A stretch of DNA of 64,000 nucleotides from Anaeramoeba ignava BMAN (GCA_028826165.1 JAPDFW010000011.1:248001-312000), one strand, 5' to 3'. Numbered from the stretch's first letter, positions 23,101 to 34,263 are shown. Numbers and translations: made by a program. Notes: generated by a model not told the origin, from the letters alone.

Positions 23101-24771
23101 AAAAATCCCAAAATCAACAACGATTTAGAAACAAAGGAGATGGACCGATTGTTCTTGTTGTATCACCAACAAGAGAATTATCGCGCCAAACATTCGATGT
23201 ATTTCAAGAATTTACACAAAAAACAAGTATAAAATGCATGAATGTTTGTGGAGGAAAAAATCGAAGAGAACAAGAATTTAGTTTGAAAAAAGGAGTCGAT
23301 GCTATAATTGCGACACCATCAAAATTAGTTGATTTCCTAAAAGCAGGAATTACCAATCTAAGACGAGCTTCTTTTATTGTTATTGATGAAGCTGATCTTC
23401 TTTTAGAAAATGGATTCCAACAAGAAATTCTTCATATTTTAGAAACAGTTCCTGTTCAAAGACAAATTGCAATGTTTGCTGAAGATTGGGTTCCCGAAAC
23501 ACAAGCAATTGCAGATCGATTTTTGAATCATCCAATTAAATGCATAATCGGAGATGCAGATCTTACTTTTGATTTGAATGTCAAACAAATTGTTGATATT
23601 GGTATTGAAAGTGAGAAATTTAACAGATTTGTTGCATTGATTAGTAGTATATATGGAAATGAAAAAATTTTGGTTTTTACAACTACGAAATTAAATGCAG
23701 ATGAATTAACGATATTATTAGGACAAAATGGGATTACAACTGTTTGTATTCATTCTGATAAAAATCAGGATGACAGAAAATTCGCTCTTGACATTTTTTC
23801 AGCCGGTATTTCACGATTAATGATTGCAACTGATGCTGCTTCTCCCATTTTGTAAATATTCTTCAAATTTCATTTTACATTTTCATTGACATTGTAATTA
23901 TATTGATAATTTATTTTTCATTTTAAAATATTTAGAGATACTTTAAATGTGAGCCATGTTATAAATTATGATTTTCCGGAAAATATTCGTGATTATATTC
24001 ATCGGCTAGCAAGAATTTACAAAGGTGGAAAACAAAGCAACTCTTTATTCTTTTTTTACAGAACCTCATTTTCCAAAAGCCAAAGCATTATTAGAAATCA
24101 TGAAAGAAACAACACAAGAAAAAATTCCTGATGAATTAATCCGATTAGCAGAACACAATTATCCGAATATATATGGAGATATTGATAATCATTCAAATAA
24201 TCCAAATTCAAATTGGAATCAAAATCAAAATCAAAATCAAAATCAAAATTCAAATTTAAATTGGAATCCAAATCCAAAATCAAAATTCAATTCAAATTGG
24301 AATTCAAATCCAAATACTAATTGGAATCAAAATAAAAATCAAAATCAAAATCAAAATTCAAATTGGAATAAAAATCAAAATCAAAATTCAAATTGGAATT
24401 CAAATCCAAATACTAATTGGAATCAAAATCAAAATCAAAATCAAAATCAAAATCAAAATCAAAATTCAAATTTAAATTGGAATCCAAATCCAAAATCAAA
24501 ATTCAATTCAAATTGGAATTCAAATCCAAATACTAATTGGAATCAGAATAAAAATCAAAATAAAAATCAAAATCAAAATTCAAATTGGAATTCAAGAGAT
24601 TTAAAAAAGGATAATGATAATAGCTTTAAAGGAAGAAGAAGTTTTAACCAAGATAAACATTATAATGATAATCACTCAGGATTTCGTGGAAAAAGAAATA
24701 TGAATAAGAATTCAAAAAGGAATTTTAATCAATCCCATTCACCTAAATCACCCCGAATTGATGATTGGTGA
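20194..24771 (+). CDS. BTB/POZ + coiled coil + (D/N)DWGNN repeats + DDX5/Dbp2-like DEAD-box helicase + N/Q/W-rich tail. Introns 22859-23043 and 23852-23935; indels at ~22240-22480 and ~24016
   Basis: [28 protein letters not shown] repeats are in frame with both the BTB ORF and [17 protein letters not shown] motif, SETGS|GKT, PTREL, DEAD, LVF, VINYDFP. Probable start MGQILS at 20194. Confidence 0.8.
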
Positions 24772-24859
24772 TTTTCTTTTCTTTGAATACAAAATCAAAT
24801 ATAAATCAAATCAATTTTGATTTGATAAATTTAATTTGATTGAAAGTAAAAGAAAATAA

Positions 24860-25345
24860 AATTCAATTTAATTCAAAAAAAAAGATAAAATTTTAATTTA
24901 AAAAAATCAATTTTCAAAATATTTTTAAATAATAAAATATTTAAATCTAAAACAATAAATTATTATTTTAATAATGAAATTAAATATTAAATTATATTTT
25001 TAAATTAATTTATAAATTAAATATTAAATTAAATCTATTCTTATTTTTTATATTTATATGTTAAATATTTAAATAATAAAATATTTAAATCTAAAACAAT
25101 AAATTATTATTTTAATAATAGAATTAAATATTAAATTATATTTTTAAATTAATTTATAAATTAAATATTAAATTAAATCTATTTTCATTTTTTATATTTA
25201 TATGTTAAATATTTAAATAATAAAATATTTAAATCTAAAACAATAAATTATTATTTTAATAATAAAATTAAATATTAAGTTATATTTTTAAATTAATTTT
25301 TAAATTAATTTATAAATTAATTTATAAATTAAATATTAAATTAAA
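24860..25345. repeat. Second copy of the leader + 144-bp satellite module (3 units plus a partial)
   Basis: Same leader aattcaatttaattcaaaaaaaa(a)gataaaattttaatttaaaaaaatcaattttc. Anchors at 24944, 25088, 25232. Confidence 0.95.
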
Positions 25346-25397
25346 TCATTTTTCATTTTTCATTTTTCATTTTTCATTTTTCATTTTTCATTTTTAA
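25345..25397 (+). promoter_or_regulatory. Tandem TTTTCATT initiator-like motifs just upstream of an ATG (representative site)
   Basis: The same strand-specific motif cluster precedes ATGs at 106, 3174, 43741, 47447, 61601 (+) and 4922, 13968, 18029, 30543, 32388, 34263, 39715 (-). Confidence 0.65.
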
Positions 25398-28300
25398 ATG
25401 TCATTCAATTTAAAATTTCCAACCATTTCTGTTGTGGAATCAAATAAACAGACTTATGAAAAAGCAAAGAGTATTTTTGAAAACTTAAAAAACAAACAAA
25501 AAAATGATGAAAAAGAATTTCACGAACTTTGGGATTTGGATCCACAAGGAATTCAACGGGTTTTCAGCGTGAGATCGATTAAATTACTATCAGGAATGTC
25601 CAAGGACAATCCAGAAGAACAAATTAAACTTATTGAGGAAGAAATAACATATTTAAAAGAAATAATTACTAAATTCGAAAAAGTATTGGAAGAAAACAAC
25701 AAACTTCAATCAAACCAAAAAAAAATCAATCAAGAAAGTCAAGAGTTATTGCAACAAATAAACTCAAACTTTCTTGAAATGGAAAATTATTACAAGGAAA
25801 AGAAAATGGAAGAATTAAAAATACAAATTGAGCAATTTCTGAATCAAAAATTTGAAAAACAATTAAAATTACAACAGAAATTAGAGCAAATAAAACTCAT
25901 TTTAGATAGACAATCACAAGAAATCAGACATAAATGTGGAGCCAAGTCCAAATTTGAACAAGAATTCCAGCAATTTGAAAAGCAAATGCAAGAATTTAAA
26001 AAAATATTACAAGGACAAAACGAAGAAAACATCCTCAGTTTAGAAAGAAAAATTCAACAAAAGAAACAAGAAATGAAAAATACAGAAGAGGAAAAAGAAC
26101 AAAAATCTCAAGCCATCAAAGAAATGAGAGAACTCCAAAAATCAATTATTCCAATTTCATCGCATTTCAAAGAAGAATGGTGCAATCAAATTGGATTGGT
26201 TGAAAATCGGTTTTTATTTTCTCCGAAAAAACTCAAAGCATTACCTTCCAGTGATTTTATCCCAATTTTAATTCGGAAGAAAGCACAAATATTAATGAAC
26301 ATGATCATGAATTCTTCTCCCTCTAAAAATAATGGATCCTTTGTAATTGTTACAGGTGTTTCTGGGGCTGGGAAATCATTTCTTCTTTTTCATCTAGCCT
26401 GCTTTTTTGCAGAATTTACGGTAAATCACCGCAAAAGAATGAAATCAAACATCAAATTATTTAAATGAAATTGAAATGGAAAAATCCAAATTCGAAATTA
26501 GTTCACATTTTTTTTTCTTTTTGATTCTTAGAAAAAAACAGATTTTTCTTCAATTCATCCACAAGATCCTCAAATCATTAATCAAAACGAAGAACATTTC
26601 CAAATCACAAATGAATTGAAACAGAATCAAAATCAAGAATCAAGAAACTCGAACAAGAATAGAAAAGTAATTGTAGTTTATTTGGCTAGATTAGAAAAAC
26701 TTCGAGAAAATGAGAATTATGAAGTTGCAAAGAAAATTATGGAAGATCTCTATAATAGATATGGGTCGAATTTTTTCTCGATTTTGGAAGTTCAGAATTT
26801 CGATGTTCAAATATTCACGAAGAAGGATCCTTCTGATGAAGAAAAGGAGAACACGATTAAAATATGCAGAACTGTTCTTGGAATTTTGCTAACAAATTCT
26901 GATCCAAATTTGTTTGTGATTTTCATTATTGATGAATTCAATATTCTATTTCGAAAACACAACCAAAAAGATCATATTCTTGACATTCTCTTGAAGCATT
27001 ATCAAAATACAAACATTTCGATGATATTATCTTGCCATTCAAGTTTTAATACATCCAAATTTGGAGAAAAAGGAAAAATTTATGAAGAATCCAAATTTAA
27101 ACTGAATACTTATAACAAAAATGAATTTGAAGTGATGATAGAATGGTCAAAAAGATTGGGAGGTTTACCTTCAGAAATGAAAGAAGAAGAAATTAGAGAA
27201 TTTACATCTTGTGTTCCTCGCGTTTTGAGTTATCTAACTGACTCATATGAAAACCAGAAAATTGGTACCGATGAACGAGTTAGTTGGATTCGAGAAGCTG
27301 AAAAATCAATTATTTCTGTGTATCAAAAAGAACTGGATTATATTGTCAAAAAATTTTACCCAAAAAATAATGAAAATCAATTATTGATCCCGAGCGAAAA
27401 AAACTCACAATTCAAATTAACGCAGACGGAACAAAATATGTTTCAGGGACTGGCATTATTAGCCGCGTCTATGTGTTTAAATCGACCTATTTGGGATTTA
27501 TCTGAGATTTGGCAAACTTCAGGATTATTTTTTCCTGTTGAAACTGATCTTCCGTCGAATCATATTTCAACCCAAAACCAACACAATATCCAAACTTTAC
27601 CGCAATCAAGAAAATACCTCCCAATTTCTAAATGGGTCAGAGACGCATTTTTCAAATTTGGAGTGCAAGATGAATTTTGGTTCATTAAACTTTTGCTTAT
27701 GTTGGATCACATTGGTGAGGCTTTGGAAATGTTTGTTCTCTATGCCTTTAATAAACAGGCTGATGGAATTCCACTCAGTTTAAACAATATAGATCTCACA
27801 GGAAAAGAAAGAGGTGGTATTTTTCAATTAACAATTAAAGAAACTATTTATCAAGAATATAGCAAACCATTAGATAATTTGTCCATCGGGACTTTTGTGA
27901 TTCTCTATAAATTTCATCCCGTGATCGATTTTGTTCTGTTAACAGAATCCAACGGAAAGAAGCAATTGTTTTATATCCAAGTTTCCAAATTAACGTACGA
28001 TCAACATACGATGAAAGTTGACAATTTAATAAGTTCCCAAATCCAAGATCCAATTAATCCCAAAAAAAAAGTATCGGTTCTTAAATATTATTCAGATTTA
28101 GCAAAAATGGATCCTCCCATTAATGATTCTGAACTGAAAACTGAAGAAATTGAACAAACTGAAGAAATTGAACAACCAACAAAAAAAGGTAGACACAGAA
28201 AGAAAGAAACCCAAAAATTCAATTCAAATGATAAATCAGAAGAAAAAACAAAAAAATCAACAACAAAATATAAAAGAAAAGATAAAGATTCAAAGAAAAG

Positions 28301-28550
28301 ATTAACAAAATCTACTCAAAAACTTTCTCGAAAAAAAATACAAGAAAAAAGAAAAATCATAACAAAACTTCCTCCAAATCATTACTATCTTTATCTTACT
28401 CCCAATCCAAATTTTCTTTCAGCTGATACTAAGTATGCTGCTGATGATGTTATTCTGCTTAATGGGAACAATTTTTTCTCTCTTGATATTTTTTCTTCGT
28501 GGCTTTTCCATTCATATTTCACTGAAACTGAATCCACAAAAAAAAATTAA
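25398..28550 (+). CDS. Crinkler/RHS-type effector: coiled coil + P-loop NTPase + PD-(D/E)xK-like REase. Intron 26421-26531
   Basis: Walker A VIVTGVSGAGKS, Walker B FIIDEFN, helical TSCVPRVL (GxP-like), REase FHPVIDFVLL...LFYIQVS, K/R-rich NLS-like tail. The GT-AG intron joins the two ORFs in frame. Confidence 0.75.
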
Positions 28551-28748
28551 GTTCCCTTTCACACAAATATTTCCCTTTTTTTTTCTTTTCCAAAAAATAA
28601 AACAAAAATGAATGAGATTTTATGTTTTAATCCAAAATCAATTTCCAAAAGTTTTCAAAAATGCTCCAAAAAGTATTTGGAAAATGACAAAATTTAAAAA
28701 CAAATATTTTCTTTGAATTTTAATTTTGAATTTGATTTTGATTTTAAT

Positions 28749-30543
28749 TTAAAAAATTAAACATTTCTTTTCTTTCTTTTTAATTTGATTTTGATTATTA
28801 AATTTGTTAATTAATAAATCAAACAAATTAGGATTTGTTTGATTTAATTGAAAATAATCAATTCCAATTTGAATTTCATCAATAATTTCTTGTGTAATTT
28901 GAATTCCTTCTTTAATTTGATTTGAATAAATCCAATATTCAAATATTTGAAATGATTCATCACTTAATTCACTATAATCTGTAACTTTATTAGATTTATC
29001 TTCTGTTACAGATAAAAACATTCCTCGATATAATTCACTTCTCATTATTAATATTAATTTTGGAAATTTATATTGTTTTTCTTTTCTTTCAATTATAAAA
29101 TCTTTTTCATTTTCATTTAAATAAATTCTTTTCATTGTTTCTTCTAATTTTTTCATTTGAATTTATAATTTCTTTAATTTCAGAATATAATTTTGGATTT
29201 ATTATTCTGTTGGAATAAATCATTTCAAATATTTGATTTGATTCTTGAATTGATTTTTTTGAAATAATTTCTTGAAGTTTTTCAATTTGATTTTGATTTT
29301 GATTTTGATTTAATCTATATTTTAATATTAATTTATGAGCTTCGATTATTTCTCCATTTTCGGTTTTGAATGAAATATCACAAAATTCTTTTCTTTCAAA
29401 TAATTTTATCAAATCTTCTTCAAGATTGAAAAAAGAAGGAGGAGAATAATAAAGAAATGAATGATGATATCCACAAGAAATATGATAATTGAAAATATTT
29501 TCATTAAATCTTAATTTAGGAAGTTCAATTTGAATTGGAATTAATTGATTATTTGTATCTCCAGTTCCTAATTGACCATGAGAATTATATCCAAATCCTA
29601 TTAATTTTGAATTAGAAGTTAAAATCAAAGTATGATCAAATCCAACAGAAAAATCAAGAATATTATCATCATTTTCAAATAAAGATGATTTGATTTCAGT
29701 AAATTCATAAGTATCTTCATTTTTGCCAAGTCCATTATTTTCATAATATCCACATGAATAAAGTTTTCTTTTTGGATTTTCATTTTCATCTTCAATCAAC
29801 ATTATTGAATGAGTATATCCACATTTAATATCAATTATTTTGCCTTTTGGAATATTTTGTATTTTGGTTAATTTCTGGATTTTTATTTCTTTTCTTATTG
29901 ATTCTCCTAATCCAACTTGACCAAATTGATTATCACCGAATCCAAATAATTCTTGATTTGAATTTAAAAGAAAAGCATGAGCTGAAGTATTTCCTGAAAA
30001 TATTTTAGAAACATTTTTCATCATTAAAATTAGTTTTTCTGTTTTTTGAAATGTTATAGTATCAACACCAAGTTGACCATAATCATTTGAACCAATTCCG
30101 TAAACATTTTGATTTGAAGTTAATAAGTAAATTGAACCATATCCAGAAACAATATCTTGAATTATTCTATCGTTTGTATCTTCAATTAATGATGAAATAT
30201 TGATAAATTCTTTTGGATTTTCTGAATTAATATTTTTTCCTTTAGCAAATACATTTCCTTCTTTTGTTAAAATAGCTTCATTTTCAAAACCAACAGTTAC
30301 TTTTTGAATATTTTCTTCAATTTGGATTTCTTTTTTTTCAGGTTTATGTTTTAAATATTCTATTGCTTTTCCATTTTCAAAAAGGAAAATTGTTGAATAG
30401 TTTCCTGTTGAAATTTGTTTAATTTGTTTTTCATTTTCATTTTCAAATTTAAATTTAAATTGAATTGGTTTTGTTATTGAATCTGGTTTATTTTTGATAA
30501 GTTTTGGAAATTGATTTCTTCCAAAAAATAAAATTTCATTCAT
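28749..30543 (-). CDS. RCC1 beta-propeller + tandem BTB protein, copy A (frameshift ~29150), ends KKKEKKCLIF
   Basis: RCC1 repeats GSNDYGQLG, GDNQFGQVGLG, GYNSHGQLGTG, VGFDHTLIL. BTB FCDISF..AHKLILKYR and KDFII..KLILIMRSELYRGMF. Confidence 0.9.
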
Positions 30544-30594
30544 TTTTGAAAAAGAAAAAAAATGAAAAAATGATTTTTGGATTTGAATTTTAAT

Positions 30595-32388
30595 TTAAAA
30601 AATTAAACATTTCTTTTCTTTCTTTTTAATTTGATTTTGATTATTAAATTTGTTAATTAATAAATCAAATAAATTTGGATTTGTTTGATTTAATTGAAAA
30701 TAATCAATTCCTCTTTGAATTTCATCAATTATTTCTTGTGTAATTTGAATTTCATTTTTAATTTGATTTGAGTAAATCCAATATTCTAATAATTGAAATG
30801 ATTTATTACTTAATTCACTATAATCTGTAACTTTATTAGAAGTATCTTCTGTTACAGATAAAAACATTCCTCGATATAATTCACTTCTCATTATTAATAT
30901 TAATTTAGGAAATTTATATTGTTTTTCTTTTCTTTCAATTATAAAATCTTTTTCATTTTCATTTAAATAAATTCTTTTCATTGTTTCTTCTATTTTTTCA
31001 TTTGAATTTATAATTTCTTTAATTTCATAATATAATATTGGATTTATTATTCTGTTGGAATAAATCATTTCAAATATTTGATTTGATTCTTTAATTGATT
31101 TTTTTGAAATAATTTCTTTAAGTTTTTCAATTTCAATTTGATTTTGATTTAATCTATATTTCAATATTAATTTATGAGCTTTGATCATTTCTCCATTTTT
31201 GGTTTTAAATGAAATATCACAAAATTCTTTTCTTCTAAATAATTTTATCAAATCTTCTTCAAGATTGAAAAAAGAAGGAGAATAATAATAAAGAAATGAA
31301 TGATGATATCCACAATAAATATGATAATTAGAAATATTTTCATTAAATCTTAATTTAGGAAGTTCAATTTTAATTGGAATTAATTGATTTTTTATATCTC
31401 CAGTTCCTAATTGACCATGAGAATTATATCCAAATCCTATTAATTTTGAATTAGAAGTTAAAATCAAAGTATGATCAAATCCAACAGAAAAATCAAGAAT
31501 ATCATCATCATTTTCAAATAAAGATGATTTGATTTCAGTAAATTCATAAGTATCTTCATTTTTACCAAGTCCATTATTTTCATAATATCCACATGAATAA
31601 AGTTTTCTTTTTGGATTTTGATTTTGATTTTCATTTTCAATCAACATTATTGAATGAGTATATCCACATTTAATATCAATTATTTTGCCTTTTGGAATAT
31701 TTTGTATTTTGGTTAATTTTTGGATTTTTATTTCTTTTCTTATTGATTCTCCTAATCCAACTTGACCAAATTGATTATCACCGAATCCAAATAATTCTTG
31801 ATTTGAATTTAAAAGAAAAACATAATTTGAAGAATTTCCTGAAAATATTTTAGAAACATTTTTCATCATTAAAATTGGTTTTTCTGTTTTTTGAAATGTT
31901 ATACTATCAACACCAAGTTGACCATAATAATTAGAACCAATTCCGTAAACATTTTGATTTGAAGTTAATAAGTAAATTGATTGAGCGCCAGAAACAATAT
32001 CTTCAATTATTCTATCGTTTGTATCTTCAATTAATGATGAAATATTGATAAATTCTTTTGGATTTTTTGAATTAATATTTTTTCCTTTAGCAAATACATT
32101 TCCTTCTTTTGTTAAAATAGCTTCATTTTCAAAACCAACAGTTACTTTTTGAATATTTTCTTCAATTTGGATTTCTTTTTTTTCAGGTTTTTGATTTAAA
32201 TATTCTATTGCTTTTCCATTTTCAAAAAGGAAAAAAACGGCAAAATTTGTAGATAAAATTTGTTTAATTTGTTTTTCATTTTCATTTTCAAATTTAAATT
32301 TAAATTGAATTGGTTTTGTTATTGAATCTGGTTTATTTTTGATAAGTTTTGGATATTGATTTGAACCAAAAAATAAAATTTCATTCAT
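30595..32388 (-). CDS. RCC1 + tandem BTB protein, copy B (intact, 597 aa), ends KKKEKKCLIF
   Basis: Single intact ORF with the same RCC1 and BTB motifs. Confidence 0.93.
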   Translation of the reverse strand: MNEILFFGSNQYPKLIKNKPDSITKPIQFKFKFENENEKQIKQILSTNFAVFFLFENGKAIEYLNQKPEKKEIQIEENIQKVTVGFENEAILTKEGNVFAKGKNINSKNPKEFINISSLIEDTNDRIIEDIVSGAQSIYLLTSNQNVYGIGSNYYGQLGVDSITFQKTEKPILMMKNVSKIFSGNSSNYVFLLNSNQELFGFGDNQFGQVGLGESIRKEIKIQKLTKIQNIPKGKIIDIKCGYTHSIMLIENENQNQNPKRKLYSCGYYENNGLGKNEDTYEFTEIKSSLFENDDDILDFSVGFDHTLILTSNSKLIGFGYNSHGQLGTGDIKNQLIPIKIELPKLRFNENISNYHIYCGYHHSFLYYYSPSFFNLEEDLIKLFRRKEFCDISFKTKNGEMIKAHKLILKYRLNQNQIEIEKLKEIISKKSIKESNQIFEMIYSNRIINPILYYEIKEIINSNEKIEETMKRIYLNENEKDFIIERKEKQYKFPKLILIMRSELYRGMFLSVTEDTSNKVTDYSELSNKSFQLLEYWIYSNQIKNEIQITQEIIDEIQRGIDYFQLNQTNPNLFDLLINKFNNQNQIKKKEKKCLIF

Positions 32389-32458
32389 TTTTGAAAAGAA
32401 AAAAATGAAAAAAATGAAAAAAATGATTTTAATTTGAATTTTAATTTAAATTTTAATT

Positions 32459-34263
32459 TTAATTTTTAATTTGATTTTGATTATTAAATTTGTTAATTAA
32501 TAAATCAAATAAATTTGGATTTGTTTGATTTAATTGAAAATAATCAATTCCACTTTGAATTTCATCAATTATTTCTTGTGTAATTTGAATTTCATTTTTA
32601 ATTTGATTTGAATAAATCCAATATTCAAATATTTGAAATGATTTATTACTTAATTCACTATAATCTGTAACTTTATTTGATTTATCTTTTGTTACAGATA
32701 AAAACATTCCTCGATATAATTCACTTCTCATTATTAATATTAATTTTGGAAATTTATATTGGTTTTTCTTTTCTTTCAATTATAAAATCTTTTTCATTTT
32801 CATTTTCATTTAAATAAATTCTTTTCATTGTTTCTTCAATTTTTTCATTTGAATTTATAATTTCTTTAATTTCAGAATATAATTTTGGATTTATTATTCT
32901 GTTTGAATAAATCATTTCAAATATTTGATTTGATTCTTTAATTGATTTATTTTGAAATAATTTCTTGAAGTTTTTCATTTTGATTTTGATTTTGATTTAA
33001 TCTATATTTCAATATTAATTTATGAGCTTCAATTATTTCTCCATTTTTGGTTTTAAATGAAATATCACAAAATTCTTTTCTTCTAAATATTTTTATCAAA
33101 TCTTCTTCAAGATTGGAAAAAGAAGGAGGAGAATAATAAAGAAATGATTTGTAATTTCCACAAGAAACATGATAATTGTAAATATCTTCATTAAATCTTA
33201 ATTCAGGAAGTTCGATTTGAATTGGAATTGATTGCCTTTTTGTATCTCCAGTTCCTAATTGGCCAAATAAATTTAAACCAAATCCTATCATTTGTTTTGT
33301 ATTTGAAGTTAAAATCAAAGTATGATAATATCCAATAGAAATTTCAAGAATATTATCATCATTTTCAAATAAAGATGATTTGATTTCAGTAAATTCATAA
33401 GTATTTTCATTTTTGCCAAGTCCATTAAATCGATGATTTCCACATGAATAAAGTTTTCTTTTTAGATTTTCATCTTCATTTTCATTTTCAATCAACATTA
33501 TTGAATAGTTATTTCCACATTGAATATCAATTATTTCACCTTTTGGAATATTTTGGATTTTGGTTAATTTTCTGATTTGTTTTTTCCGAAATCCTAATCC
33601 AAGAGAACCAAATCTGTTATTTCCACATACAAATAATTCTTGATTTGAATTTAAAAGAAAAACAAAATTTGAATAACTTCCTGAAAATATTTTAGAAACA
33701 TTTTTCATCATTAAAATTGGTTTTTCTGATTTTCTTGTTTTTCTGTTTAGATTTTTGTGTTTTTTAATAATTATTTTAGAACTAAGACTAAGTTGACCAT
33801 ATTTATTTGAACCAATTCCATAAGCATTTTGATTTGAAGTTAATAAGTAAATAGATTGATATCCGTAAGCAATATCTTGAATTATTCTATCATTTGTATC
33901 TTCAATTAATGATGAAATATTAATAAATTCTTTTGAATTTTTTGGATTAATATCTATTCCTTTGGCAAATACATTTCCTTCTTTTGTTAAAATAGCTTCA
34001 TTTCCAGAACCAACAGATACTTTTTGAATATTTTCTTCAATTTGGATTTTTTCAGGATTTTGTTGGTTTGGATTTCTTAAATATTCTATTGCTTTTCCAT
34101 TTTTAAAAAGGAAAATTGTTGAATAAATTCCTGATAAAATTTGTTTAATTTGTTTTTCATTTTCATTTTCAAATTTAAATTGAATTGGTTTTGTTATTTT
34201 TTCTGATTTATTTAGCAAAAGCCTTGGATTTTCATTTGAACCAAAAAATAAAATTTCATTCAT
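32459..34263 (-). CDS. RCC1 + tandem BTB protein, copy C (frameshifts ~32950 and ~32760), no CaaX
   Basis: Three overlapping ORFs collinear with copy B. Confidence 0.88.

Noticed and set aside
22588-28550. Inteins in the helicase or NTPase (inteins are reported to be common in Anaeramoeba)
   Set aside because: Motif spacing is normal, and no C..HN/(C/S/T) splice motifs or LAGLIDADG blocks were seen.
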